DNA of 64,000 nucleotides. Origin: an uncultured Actinomycetota bacterium. Lineage in GTDB: Bacteria > Actinomycetota > Aquicultoria > CAYFWW01. Location: assembly GCA_964346985.1 (NCBI GenBank), contig CAYFWW010000026.1, positions 690 to 64,689 of the forward strand. The letters are read 5' to 3'. The notes under the pieces are model-generated. The model worked only from the letters and a program-made list of their open reading frames with translations. It did no database searches and had not been told where the DNA came from. Below, in pieces: positions 55,236-64,000 of this stretch. Every line of letters starts with the position of its first letter. Positions within the stretch are counted from its first letter, which is position 1. Position numbers and translations under genes: made by a program.

Positions 55236-57615
55236 GAAAAAAATTGAAATTCCTATTCTAGGAATGAGCTGCGCTAGTTGTGCATCTAAGATAGAAAAAA
55301 AATTGAATAGCCAGGATTTTGTAGTCAATGCCACTGTTAATTTCGCTACCGAAAAAGCTGTTGTCGAATATGATGACTCTAAAGGTGGAGAAGCGGATAT
55401 TATTAATATAATAAAGGACCTGGGATACAACGTTTATACTGAAAATATAGAGCTGTTGATTTCCGGTATTTCATGTGCTTCATGTGTTCAGAAAATTGAA
55501 AAAGCACTTAATAGCTTGTCGGGAGTTATTAATGTTAGTGTCAATCTAGCAAATAATAAAGCCAAAGTTGATTTCGTACCAGGCGTAATTACCCAAGATG
55601 ACATAAAGAAAAAAATTAGAGATGTCGGCTATCAGGTTGTTGAGGAAGAAATCCAAGATTCAGATACAGATCAGGATATTGAGACTAAAGCACGCCTAAA
55701 AGAAATTGGACGGCAAAAAAGATTAGTTATTATTGGGGCATTGCTTAGCATCCCTATTATGATTATTAGTTTTTGGCCTGAATTTTTCTGGCAAAATTAC
55801 GTTTTATTCGGATTGGCAACGCCGGTTCAGTTTTTTTTAGGTTGGCAATATTATCGCAATTCTTATAAATCACTTCGCCATGGTAGTGCTAATATGGATG
55901 TCTTAATTGCTATGGGTACATCTGCTGCTTATATTTACAGTTTAGCAACAACTTTTATTATTTCTGGCGATGTCTATTATGATACCGCTGTTGTTATTTT
56001 AACTTTGATAACTTTGGGAAAATACCTGGAAGCATCAGCTAAAGGACGCGCTTCAGAGGCAATCAAGAAATTACTTGGACTGGCTCCAAAAACAGCCCGT
56101 ATTATTAGAGATGGTGTGGAAGAGGATATCCCGGTTGAAGAAGTCAGGATCGGAGACCTAATTATAGTAAGACCCGGTGAAAAATTTCCGGTTGATGGTA
56201 TCGTTAGAGAGGGCAGCTCTTTTGTAGATGAATCGATGCTTACAGGAGAAAGCATTCCTGTTGAGAAGAATGTCGATAACGAAGTGGTTGGAGCAACTCT
56301 AAATAAGAATGGATTAATAAAATTCGAAGCAACAAAAGTTGGCAAAGATACAGTTCTGGCTCAGATAGTTAGGATGGTTCAAGAAGCACAAGGCTCAAAA
56401 GCTCCTATTCAAAGGCTGGCAGATACTGTCTCTGGTATTTTTGTACCTATAGTTATAGTTATCGCACTTCTGACATTTGTAGGTTGGAATTTTTTTGCAA
56501 CAGGAGAAAATGCCTTTACGCATGCTCTTTTAAATATGGTTGCAGTATTAGTTATTGCCTGCCCCTGTGCTTTGGGACTGGCAACACCAACAGCCATCAT
56601 GGTGGGAACAGGAAAAGGAGCAGAGTTAGGTATTTTGATTAAAGGCGGGGAAATTCTAGAGAAGGCGCATAAGGTAAACACAATTATTTTTGATAAAACC
56701 GGCACTTTGACCAAAGGCCTGCCGGCAGTAACAAATATATTATCCATAAATGGTCAAACCGAAGACGAAATTTTGCGTTTGGCAGCTTCAGCAGAAAAGG
56801 GTTCAGAGCATCCAATAGGAGAAGCAATAGTATTTGAAGCCGATAAACGAAAACTATCATTAATCGAGTTAAAGGATTTTAAAGCCGTAGCAGGACATGG
56901 TATTAAGGCTAGTCTGAATGGCCAGAGGATTCTGATTGGAAATAAAAAATTAATGATTGATCAAGGCATAGACATTGAGAATTTAAGGCGAGCAGCAGGT
57001 CAGTTGGAGGATCAAGGCAAAACAGCTGTTTATACAGCTGTTAATAATGCTGTTGAAGGATTAATCGGAGTAGCCGACACCTTAAAGAAGGACTCTAAGG
57101 ATGCTATTGACCAGATAAAAAAACTCTATATTGAACCTATCATGATAACTGGTGACAACCAACGCACTGCCAAAGCTATTGCTTCACAAGTAGGAATTGA
57201 AGATGTTTTAGCTGAAGTTCTTCCTGAGGACAAAGCTAACCAAATAAAAAAATACCAGAGTGATCAAAAAGTAGTGGCCATGGTAGGTGATGGCATTAAT
57301 GATGCTCCGGCTCTGGCTCAAGCTGATATCGGGATTGCGATTGGCACTGGAACAGATGTAGCCATAGAAGCCTCTGACATAACTCTTATCGGTGAAGACT
57401 TGAAGGGAGTCTCTACAGCTGTTCAGTTAAGCAAAAGTACAATGAGAACGATTAAACAAAACCTGTTTTGGGCATTTTTCTACAACACAGTTCTCATACC
57501 TTTAGCAGTTATAGGCTTGATTAATCCGATGCTGGCTGCAGCAGCCATGGCTTTCAGCTCAGTCTCTGTTGTCACCAATTCACTTCGCTTGAAGCGTTTT
57601 AAACTTCAGCTTTAG
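55228..57615 (+). CDS. copA: copper-translocating P1B-1 ATPase CopA (two N-terminal HMA domains)
   Basis: GMSCASC and GISCASC, TGES, CPC ([11 protein letters not shown]), [18 protein letters not shown] 55228 overlaps the copZ stop. Confidence 0.9.
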   Translation: MPKKKIEIPILGMSCASCASKIEKKLNSQDFVVNATVNFATEKAVVEYDDSKGGEADIINIIKDLGYNVYTENIELLISGISCASCVQKIEKALNSLSGVINVSVNLANNKAKVDFVPGVITQDDIKKKIRDVGYQVVEEEIQDSDTDQDIETKARLKEIGRQKRLVIIGALLSIPIMIISFWPEFFWQNYVLFGLATPVQFFLGWQYYRNSYKSLRHGSANMDVLIAMGTSAAYIYSLATTFIISGDVYYDTAVVILTLITLGKYLEASAKGRASEAIKKLLGLAPKTARIIRDGVEEDIPVEEVRIGDLIIVRPGEKFPVDGIVREGSSFVDESMLTGESIPVEKNVDNEVVGATLNKNGLIKFEATKVGKDTVLAQIVRMVQEAQGSKAPIQRLADTVSGIFVPIVIVIALLTFVGWNFFATGENAFTHALLNMVAVLVIACPCALGLATPTAIMVGTGKGAELGILIKGGEILEKAHKVNTIIFDKTGTLTKGLPAVTNILSINGQTEDEILRLAASAEKGSEHPIGEAIVFEADKRKLSLIELKDFKAVAGHGIKASLNGQRILIGNKKLMIDQGIDIENLRRAAGQLEDQGKTAVYTAVNNAVEGLIGVADTLKKDSKDAIDQIKKLYIEPIMITGDNQRTAKAIASQVGIEDVLAEVLPEDKANQIKKYQSDQKVVAMVGDGINDAPALAQADIGIAIGTGTDVAIEASDITLIGEDLKGVSTAVQLSKSTMRTIKQNLFWAFFYNTVLIPLAVIGLINPMLAAAAMAFSSVSVVTNSLRLKRFKLQL

Positions 57616-57640
57616 ATTAAAAATGTTTTACAAATAGGAA

Positions 57641-57680
57641 AGGAGAGGATTGATCATAAGATCAATCCTCTCCTTTTCTG
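57641..57680 (+). terminator. rho-independent terminator after copA
   Basis: AGGAGAGGATTGATC (57641-57655), loop ATAA, GATCAATCCTCTCCT (57660-57674), then TTTCT. Confidence 0.85.
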
Positions 57681-57726
57681 ATAACTCTCCTTATTTATTA
57701 AGGTTTTTTTATTAAATCCCGATATT

Positions 57727-57743
57727 TACTATTGTATGTAGTA
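57727..57743 (+). promoter_or_regulatory. TACTAY-N5-GTAGTA operator, copy 4 (TACTAT TGTAT GTAGTA)
   Basis: 18 nt upstream of the ATG at 57761. Confidence 0.5.
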
Positions 57744-57760
57744 GCCTATTCTTAAAAACT

Positions 57761-58348
57761 ATGGAAGAAAATTATTTAGATAAGACTATAAAGATTTCAA
57801 AAAGAGATAGAATTATTGTACTTCTGGTTACAACTTTTCTATCCTTTGTCATTCTAAGGCCATATATATCTGATTTAAATGTCTGGCGTGGTGATACTTT
57901 TATGTTAGTTAATGATGCCAAGCAGGGTATAAGATCTTACAAGAAAGCAGTTCTAGTTTATCAAAGAAACGGGGAAGCTTGGGACGGCCTTGGATACTTT
58001 TATTTATTTCAGAAAAAGTTGAATCTTGCAGAAGAAGCTTACTTAAAGGCTATAAAGTATAATCCTGATGAACCGATGAATTATTACTTTCTAAGTTTTA
58101 TCTATTATAAACAAGAAAAATACAGACTGGCTATAAAGTATGCTGAAAAATCAATCAAAAGAGATTCTGAAAATCTTTTACCATACAATGTATTGGCTAA
58201 TTCTTTTGAAAGAACTGGCCATTATGAGGAAGCCATCAAATCCTGGAAGAAGATTAAAAAAATATCACCTAAATCAGAGGGTGCTGATTCAAGGATAAAA
58301 GAACTGGAAAATAAATTAAGTATTTCTGAGGAGGTAAAAGAAAATTGA
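57761..58348 (+). CDS. tetratricopeptide-repeat protein with N-terminal TM helix
   Basis: TM helix IIVLLVTTFLSFVIL. TPR-like AWDGLGYFYL.../AEEAYLKAIKYNPD/ YEEAIKSWKK. Confidence 0.65.
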   Translation: MEENYLDKTIKISKRDRIIVLLVTTFLSFVILRPYISDLNVWRGDTFMLVNDAKQGIRSYKKAVLVYQRNGEAWDGLGYFYLFQKKLNLAEEAYLKAIKYNPDEPMNYYFLSFIYYKQEKYRLAIKYAEKSIKRDSENLLPYNVLANSFERTGHYEEAIKSWKKIKKISPKSEGADSRIKELENKLSISEEVKEN

Positions 58349-58671
58349 AATTTAAAAATTCACAGCTTTACATAACTAAGGTTCATTGCCCTGATTGTGT
58401 AGAAGATTTGATAAATGGTGTCCTGCTTAAGGAAAAAGGAATTATAAAAGCTGTTTTTGAAGATAGAAAATCTCTATTATCTATTGACTATGATTCAGAA
58501 CTGATTGGAGAAAAAAGGATGAAGGAGATAATTGCCGATATGGGGTACGGCTTTATTGAAGACAAAGGCGAAATTAAAAATATTGAAAAAAATTATTGGT
58601 TAAATTGGATTGTCATCGTAATAGTAATGGCTTTTTTAATTTTCCTAATAATTTGGTCGAATAATCTTTAA
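58345..58671 (+). CDS. HMA-like (CxxC) metal-binding domain protein with C-terminal TM anchor
   Basis: YITKVHCPDCVEDLINGV...IADMGYG (beta-alpha-beta-beta-alpha-beta pattern). TM helix WIVIVIVMAFLIFLII. TTGA overlap and GAGGAGG RBS. Confidence 0.6.
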   Translation: MKFKNSQLYITKVHCPDCVEDLINGVLLKEKGIIKAVFEDRKSLLSIDYDSELIGEKRMKEIIADMGYGFIEDKGEIKNIEKNYWLNWIVIVIVMAFLIFLIIWSNNL

Positions 58672-58682
58672 GGTTGGTTATT

Positions 58683-59372
58683 ATGTCTGTTACCGATTTT
58701 GCAAGTTCATTTCAGTCAAATCCGCTATATGCGATTGTTGCAGCTTTTGTAGCTGGTTTAATTACTAGCCTTGGGCCATGTACTTTTTCCAGGGCGATTG
58801 TATTAATTGGACATATAGCCAGGGAAAAAAATGTAAGTAGGAATAGAGGATTTTTTATATCATTTATTTTTTTAATCGGTTTATTAATTGCCTATGTTCT
58901 TTATGGATTATTCGGTTATTTAGCCAAAAATGTCAATTTGATCAGCACAAATATCTTTTATTTGGCTGGAGTGATTGCTGTATTGATGGGGTTGCATTTT
59001 GCAGAGATAATTAAAATGAGGCTACCGTTAAGTAGCACAAAACTTTTAAAAGCAAGAAATATCTATTCAAAATATCAGGGAACTGGCGGAGGATTGATAA
59101 TGGGCTTTAGCTTTGGGCTAATGCTCTGTCCATGTTGCTTGCCGGGTTTACTGTTTATTATAAGTTTTACTTTTATCCAGGGTAATTTTATCTATGGTTT
59201 ACTGCTTTTATTTGTCTATGTAATCGGACATGGCCTTCCATTACTTGGGATTGGAACATTCAGCGGAGCAATTACCGGACTTAAATCAGTACAGAAATAT
59301 AGTGTTTATGTTAACTTGATAGTTGGAATTTTAATATTCATTATTGGGCTTCTTTTCTTATGGACAGTCTAA
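58683..59372 (+). CDS. CcdA/DsbD-family thiol-disulfide transporter paralogue
   Basis: LGPCTFSRAIVL and LCPCCLPGLLF conserved Cys helices, 6 TM helices. Track start TTG 58674 is an alternative. Confidence 0.7.
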   Translation: MSVTDFASSFQSNPLYAIVAAFVAGLITSLGPCTFSRAIVLIGHIAREKNVSRNRGFFISFIFLIGLLIAYVLYGLFGYLAKNVNLISTNIFYLAGVIAVLMGLHFAEIIKMRLPLSSTKLLKARNIYSKYQGTGGGLIMGFSFGLMLCPCCLPGLLFIISFTFIQGNFIYGLLLLFVYVIGHGLPLLGIGTFSGAITGLKSVQKYSVYVNLIVGILIFIIGLLFLWTV

Positions 59373-59378
59373 AAATCA

Positions 59379-59407
59379 TTGACAATTACTACATTTCGTA
59401 GTAAGAT
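59379..59407 (+). promoter_or_regulatory. sigma70-type promoter (TTGACA-17 nt-TAAGAT)
   Basis: TTGACA 59379-59384, 17-nt spacer, TAAGAT 59402-59407. Confidence 0.6.
59387..59403 (+). promoter_or_regulatory. TACTAY-N5-GTAGTA operator, copy 5 (TACTAC ATTTC GTAGTA)
   Basis: Perfect 6-bp arms, located in the spacer of the promoter at 59379-59407. Confidence 0.6.
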
Positions 59408-59420
59408 AATTTTTATATTT

Positions 59421-59535
59421 AGCGGTGGGCACAAAATGCTTTCACCTCCCTTGAAATAGTGCCCAGATTATAGTTTAAATAGGATTTTCCAAAAATCCTA
59501 AATAAAAGCCCCTTAAATTTAAAGTGTCCACCGCT
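59421..59535 (+). promoter_or_regulatory. structured 5' leader / candidate cis-regulatory RNA
   Basis: AGCGGTGGGCAC (59421-59432) pairs with GTGTCCACCGCT (59524-59535), 12 bp with one G-U. Alternative GGGCAC/GTGCCC pairing (59427-59432 with 59459-59464). Internal hairpin AGGATTTT-CCA-AAAATCCT (59481-59499). Confidence 0.35.
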
Positions 59536-59572
59536 TAATAAAAAAAGGAAGAGAAGAATTATTTAGTGCGAA

Positions 59573-60439
59573 ATGAATAACAAGAATAAAGAATATAATA
59601 TTAATAAACCAATATACATCTTTATTTTAATCATATTTATGCTTTTACTTTTTCAGGTTAATATTGCTTTTGCCCAAGAAGTATTAGAAGTGAAAGAATG
59701 GAATGTTGATCTTAAGCCTGAATATGATGATCCACGCTTATTAGTAGTTCATGAAATTGAAATGAAGGAAAGTGTCAAGTTTCCTTTTGAAATGAAATTT
59801 CTTATTCCTAAAGATGCTGAAATCGGGATGGCTTGCGAAATAATGGAAAATGGAGGCCATAGCTGTAAGCCGTTTGACATTAATGATGTGGGGGAATTTT
59901 CTGAGTTAAGTTACCAGGTAAGTTCTAGGCCAACCCTGTTTTTTGAATATTACACAAATGCAATTGAGGGCGATCCTGATAAAAAGTTTGATTATCTCTT
60001 TAAGCCTTTTCAAAACATCGAAAGCTTTAAAATAAATATTCAGCAACCTAAGGTAGCAAAAGATTTCAAGGTAAACCCAGTCCCTATGGAGTCTTTTTCT
60101 GACGGCGAAGGGTTCAAATATAGTATTCTAAATTATGCGAACTTAAATCCTGATAAAGAATTATCTTTTAAAGTCAATTATAATAAGCCTGGAAATGACA
60201 CCTCGGTGGCTAAACAAGAAGGCCTGGGGCAATCTGCTCAACAGCAGAACAGCGGGTCTGGTATTACAAGCCAAGGTGACAACAATCAGTTAATATTGTT
60301 GCTCTTTTTTATCGGTGGTATTATTTTCTTTTCTTTTGGTGCAATGACTTTTTTTAATAACAATAAAAAATATAGAAAAAAATATTACAAGGGTAAATCC
60401 AAATACCGTAAAAAGAAGAAGAAGAAAAGAAACCGCTAA
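59573..60439 (+). CDS. bitopic membrane protein with ectodomain and poly-basic K/R/Y cytoplasmic tail
   Basis: Signal/TM helix, about 200-aa ectodomain, Q/S/G linker, TM helix, tail NNNKKYRKKYYKGKSKYRKKKKKKRNR. Confidence 0.6.
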   Translation: MNNKNKEYNINKPIYIFILIIFMLLLFQVNIAFAQEVLEVKEWNVDLKPEYDDPRLLVVHEIEMKESVKFPFEMKFLIPKDAEIGMACEIMENGGHSCKPFDINDVGEFSELSYQVSSRPTLFFEYYTNAIEGDPDKKFDYLFKPFQNIESFKINIQQPKVAKDFKVNPVPMESFSDGEGFKYSILNYANLNPDKELSFKVNYNKPGNDTSVAKQEGLGQSAQQQNSGSGITSQGDNNQLILLLFFIGGIIFFSFGAMTFFNNNKKYRKKYYKGKSKYRKKKKKKRNR

Positions 60440-60587
60440 GATATTTTAATTTGGATTAAATAGCCAATTATTATTTTCACTCTCCTTAATTTTAACTTTA
60501 TTGGAAATTGATTTAAAACAATTGACGGTTAAAAATAATATTTATAAAATTTAACGGGCTGAAAGCTATAAAAGATTAATTTATTCG

Positions 60588-61604
60588 GTGATTATATTGG
60601 TAATTAAGGCAGTTGGACTTTTATCCGGCGGATTAGACAGCAGATTAGCAGTTAAAGTTATGATTGATCAAGGGATAGAAGTTTTTGCTTTGCATAATGT
60701 AACTATATTTTGTACTTGCACCTCTAAGAATAGCTGTAAATATGAAGCACTAAAAGCTGCAGAGGAATATAATATTGACTTGAAGACTATTAATACGACC
60801 AAGGAATTCCTTCAGATTATTGAAAATCCCAGGTTTGGATATGGCCGTAATATGAACCCTTGCCTTGATTGCCGGGTACATTTATTCATAAAGGCTGAAG
60901 AATACATGAAAGAGTTAGGGGCAAAGTTTATTTTTACCGGTGAAGTCCTTGGCGAAAGACCTATGTCTCAGAGGAAAGAGGCAATGAAGTTAATTGAAAA
61001 AGAGACAGGCCTTTCAGGATTGATTCTCAGGCCATTAAGTGCCCGATTGCTTGAACCGACAATTCCTGAGATTAAAGGATGGGTCGACCGGCAAAGATTG
61101 CTTGATATTTCAGGGCGTTCAAGAAAGCCTCAGATTAAATTAGCTAAGAAATATAATTTAAAGGATTATCCCTGTCCAGCAGGAGGATGTCTTCTAACAG
61201 ATAAGATGTTTGCCGGCAAATTAAAAGATTTAATAGATAAAGAAATTAAACTTAATCTTGAAGAAATAAAATTACTCAAGCTAGGCAGGCATTTTCGCCT
61301 TTCCCAAAATTGTAGATTCATTGTTGGCCGAGATGAAACAGAAAATACACATATTGAGAAACTTGCTACCGGCAATGATTGGCTGGTCGTTGCTTGTGAC
61401 TATAAAGGGCCAATCGGGCTACTTCGTGGTGAAATAAATGATATGAATAAAGAATTGGCTGCAAAAATTACTGCAATCTATGGTCAAGGTAGAGATAATA
61501 CAAATTTAAAAATATACTTGACCAATTCTCAAAATATCAGGGAAATTATAAGCGTACAACTTGATATTGATATAGATTTCCTTGATTCATACAGGATTTC
61601 ATAA
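60588..61604 (+). CDS. PP-loop ATPase superfamily protein (tRNA-thiolation ThiI/MnmA-like)
   Basis: PP-loop LLSGGLDS, NPCLDCRVHLF, TGEVLGERPMSQ. Confidence 0.6.
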   Translation: MIILVIKAVGLLSGGLDSRLAVKVMIDQGIEVFALHNVTIFCTCTSKNSCKYEALKAAEEYNIDLKTINTTKEFLQIIENPRFGYGRNMNPCLDCRVHLFIKAEEYMKELGAKFIFTGEVLGERPMSQRKEAMKLIEKETGLSGLILRPLSARLLEPTIPEIKGWVDRQRLLDISGRSRKPQIKLAKKYNLKDYPCPAGGCLLTDKMFAGKLKDLIDKEIKLNLEEIKLLKLGRHFRLSQNCRFIVGRDETENTHIEKLATGNDWLVVACDYKGPIGLLRGEINDMNKELAAKITAIYGQGRDNTNLKIYLTNSQNIREIISVQLDIDIDFLDSYRIS

Positions 61605-61774
61605 AAAAAGAGATATTGCAATTAATTCTTTTCAAAGTGAAAAACTCAATGATTATATTTAAATATTTAATTGGGAAATAAATTTTTTTATAGGAATATT
61701 TAACAATAAAATCAAGTTATTTATAATATTATTAGTTATATAGGTGTAATTGCATATTTTGGGAGGTGTATAAA

Positions 61775-62854
61775 TTGAATGAGTATTTTATTTCTCTATT
61801 AGAAAGTCGCGGAGTCAGCAGGCGCGATTTTCTTAAATTTTGTGCTAGTATGGCAGCTTTGTGGGGAATCAGCGATACATTTATACCCCAGATTGCAGCT
61901 GCTGTAGAGAAAGCGGTAAAAAAACCGTCGGTAGTCTATCTTGAATTTGCCCGATGCACTGGTTGTACTGAATCGATTATTAAGATTTCAAATCCTTCTA
62001 TAAATCAGCTGGTATTAGATATTCTTTCTTTTGATTATTATGAAACTATAATGGCTCCTGCTGGTGACCAGGCAGAGAAAAGCTTGGAAGACACAATGAA
62101 AGAAGGAGGTTTTGTCTGTTTAATCGACGGGTCAATACCGACTGGCGAAGACGGTATTTTTTACCAACAAAGAGGAAAATCAGCAGAAGAAAAAGTAAGA
62201 GAGGTAACCGATAAAGCTAAAGCTGTCATTGCTGTAGGTACTTGTGCCACTTATGGCGGTATACCTGCAGCTGCTCCTGATCCGACAGAAGCAAAAGGAG
62301 TAGATCAGGTGGTTGATAAGGCAGTTATTAATGTATCTGGATGCCCACCTAATCCGGAATGGGTTGTAGGAACTGTAATTTATTATTTGACTTATAATGA
62401 GATTCCTGAGCTGGATAAATATGGCCGGCCAAAATTCATTTATGGACAAACTATTCATGAAAGATGCCCGCGGCGTTCTTTTTTTGATGAAGGCAAGTTT
62501 GTCGAGGTTCTAGGTTCAAAAGAAGAAGAATTAGGTTATTGTCTGTATAAGTTGGGATGCAAGGGACCAGATACCTTTGCCAACTGTCCAACACAACGTT
62601 GGAATGACAAAATTAACTGGTGTATTGGTTCTGGTCAGTGCATAGGTTGCACAGAACCGGATTTCTGGGACAGATTTGCCGGTTTTTATAAACCCCTGGA
62701 TGAAGTTAATGTGGCAGGAGTAAGGACAAACTCTGACACCATTGGGAAAGTTCTTGGTGGAGCTGCGGCAGTAGGCATAGGAGCCCATTTTATTGGGCAG
62801 GCGGCAACAGGCAGGCTTGGAAAAGGTGGTCCGAAAAAGGGAGGTGAAGAATAA
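61775..62854 (+). CDS. [NiFe] hydrogenase small subunit, Tat-exported (group 1-like)
   Basis: Twin-arginine SRRDFLKF. Cluster motifs CTGCTES, GTCATYGG, GCPPNP, HERCPR, CLYKLGCKGPDTFANCP, NWCIGSGQCIGCTEPDFWD. GGGAGGTG RBS then TTG 61775. The track start GTG 61766 lies inside the RBS. Confidence 0.9.
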   Translation: MNEYFISLLESRGVSRRDFLKFCASMAALWGISDTFIPQIAAAVEKAVKKPSVVYLEFARCTGCTESIIKISNPSINQLVLDILSFDYYETIMAPAGDQAEKSLEDTMKEGGFVCLIDGSIPTGEDGIFYQQRGKSAEEKVREVTDKAKAVIAVGTCATYGGIPAAAPDPTEAKGVDQVVDKAVINVSGCPPNPEWVVGTVIYYLTYNEIPELDKYGRPKFIYGQTIHERCPRRSFFDEGKFVEVLGSKEEELGYCLYKLGCKGPDTFANCPTQRWNDKINWCIGSGQCIGCTEPDFWDRFAGFYKPLDEVNVAGVRTNSDTIGKVLGGAAAVGIGAHFIGQAATGRLGKGGPKKGGEE

Positions 62855-64000
62855 TGGCTGAGAGAGTAGTTGTTGATCCTGTAACCCGGATTGAAGGAAG
62901 TCTAAAAATTGAAGTTGAGATAGAAAATGGAAAGGTCAAAGAGGCATGGTCATCATGTCAGCTTTTTCGAGGTATTGAGATTATTTTAAAAGGAAGAGAT
63001 CCTCGTGATGCCTGGCATATAACCCAGAGAATATGCGGCGTCTGTCCTGAACCGCATGGAACAGCCTCGATTCTAAGCATGGAAGATTCTTTTGATGTAA
63101 GGCCGCCTGAAGCCGGACGAATTATCCGAAATCTATTACTGGGAAGCAATTATCTACATTCGCACATTCTTCACTTCTATCATTTAACGGCTCTTGATTT
63201 TGTAGATGTGGTTGATGCTTTAAATGCCAAACCGACTGATTCATATCTTAAAGAGGTTCATGCCAAATTGAATTCTTATGTGGAGGCAGGCCAGTTAGGG
63301 CCATTTGCCAATGGTTATTGGGGCCATCCGCAATATAAGTTGCCATCTGAAGTAAATTTACTTGCAGTAGCTCATTATCTTGAGGCTCTTCAGATGCAGG
63401 CTAAAGCTTCCAATATGGAAGCAATCTTCGGTGGAATACAACCTCATCAAAAAGGAATGGTTGCGGGGGGAGTAGCCGGAAGGCCTACCCTAAACGATTT
63501 GAAAGAGTTCAAGTACCGCCTCCATGAAGTTGCTGATTGGATAGAAAATGTATATTTGCAAGATGTTCTAGCGGTTGCTCCTTTCTATCTTGATTGGGCA
63601 GCAATTGGAGGAGGTTATGCTAATTTCCATTCTTTTGGAGTCTTTCCTGATAAATCATGGGATCCGGTCAAGCAATTATTGCCCCGTGGTGCTATCCTCG
63701 ATGGCAAGATTACAGAAGTTATGGACAACAAACCGGAAGAGATTACTGAATATGTAAAATATGCCTGGTTTACAGATGAATCAGGAGGCATGAATCCTAA
63801 AGATGGCAAGACTGAACCTGATTATACCGGTTATGATGTCAAAGATAAGTACACCTGGTCTAAAGCGCCTCGATGGAAAGACAAACCAGTAGAAGCTGGC
63901 CCCTTAGCCCGTATGGCTGTTGCCTATGGCCGGGGGGATAAAGTTGCTGTTGAACTAATTGACTCTACCTTAAAAGCCCTTGGCGTCGAAGGTAAACCTG
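62854..64000 (+). CDS. [NiFe] hydrogenase large subunit, 3'-truncated at window edge (absent from ORF track)
   Basis: ATG 62854 overlaps the small-subunit TAA (TAATG). Frame is open to base 64000. VDPVTRIEG, RICGVCPEPH (N-terminal Ni-ligand motif), HFYHL, GGV. Confidence 0.9.
   Translation, partial: MAERVVVDPVTRIEGSLKIEVEIENGKVKEAWSSCQLFRGIEIILKGRDPRDAWHITQRICGVCPEPHGTASILSMEDSFDVRPPEAGRIIRNLLLGSNYLHSHILHFYHLTALDFVDVVDALNAKPTDSYLKEVHAKLNSYVEAGQLGPFANGYWGHPQYKLPSEVNLLAVAHYLEALQMQAKASNMEAIFGGIQPHQKGMVAGGVAGRPTLNDLKEFKYRLHEVADWIENVYLQDVLAVAPFYLDWAAIGGGYANFHSFGVFPDKSWDPVKQLLPRGAILDGKITEVMDNKPEEITEYVKYAWFTDESGGMNPKDGKTEPDYTGYDVKDKYTWSKAPRWKDKPVEAGPLARMAVAYGRGDKVAVELIDSTLKALGVEGKP

Noticed and set aside
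62958-63809. Track ORFs 62958-63149(-), 63575-63757(+) and 63615-63809(-)
   Set aside because: All lie within the open frame of the [NiFe] hydrogenase large subunit (62854 to beyond 64000), which carries diagnostic motifs.

Overview
A 64 kb low-GC chromosomal segment from a strict anaerobe. The anaerobic lifestyle is indicated by 2-oxoacid:ferredoxin oxidoreductase, superoxide reductase, rubrerythrin and a Tat-exported [NiFe] hydrogenase. I saw no rRNA, tRNA, CRISPR array, transposase or integrase. Coding density is high, GGAGG-type ribosome-binding sites are common, and many genes start with TTG or GTG.

Main blocks:
- 0.7-1.9 kb: AbrB-like regulator plus ArsM-type methyltransferase.
- 3.7-13.6 kb: azlCD, then a sulfur-assimilation cluster. 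It has siroheme synthesis, a small Dsr/AsrC-like sulfite reductase, TusA, Fe-S APS reductase, TauE, a JAMM protease, a ThiS::CysM fusion, a ThrC-like enzyme, a MoaD::E1 fusion and a NIL protein.
- 13.8-23 kb: ABC exporters, an arsR-permease-thioredoxin operon and a CopB-type ATPase.
- 23.5-41.5 kb: housekeeping and redox genes.
- 41.6-44.6 kb: three consecutive genes, each interrupted by an in-frame TGA. Two are clear UxxC selenoproteins (a thioredoxin-like lipoprotein and a glutaredoxin) that the ORF track splits. The third is a glycogen-debranching-type enzyme.
- 45-60.4 kb: a metal/thiol-disulfide envelope island. It holds BlaI/BlaR1-like regulators, DUF2318-FtsX-ABC-DUF2085, two CcdA paralogues, csoR-copZ-copA, and a Rieske-lgt operon. 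Five copies of a TACTAY-N5-GTAGTA palindrome and two CsoR-type boxes tie it together.
- 61.8-64 kb: [NiFe] hydrogenase small subunit and a 3'-truncated large subunit that is missing from the ORF track.

Most short antisense and alternate-frame ORFs in the track are rejected as artefacts of AT-rich sequence.
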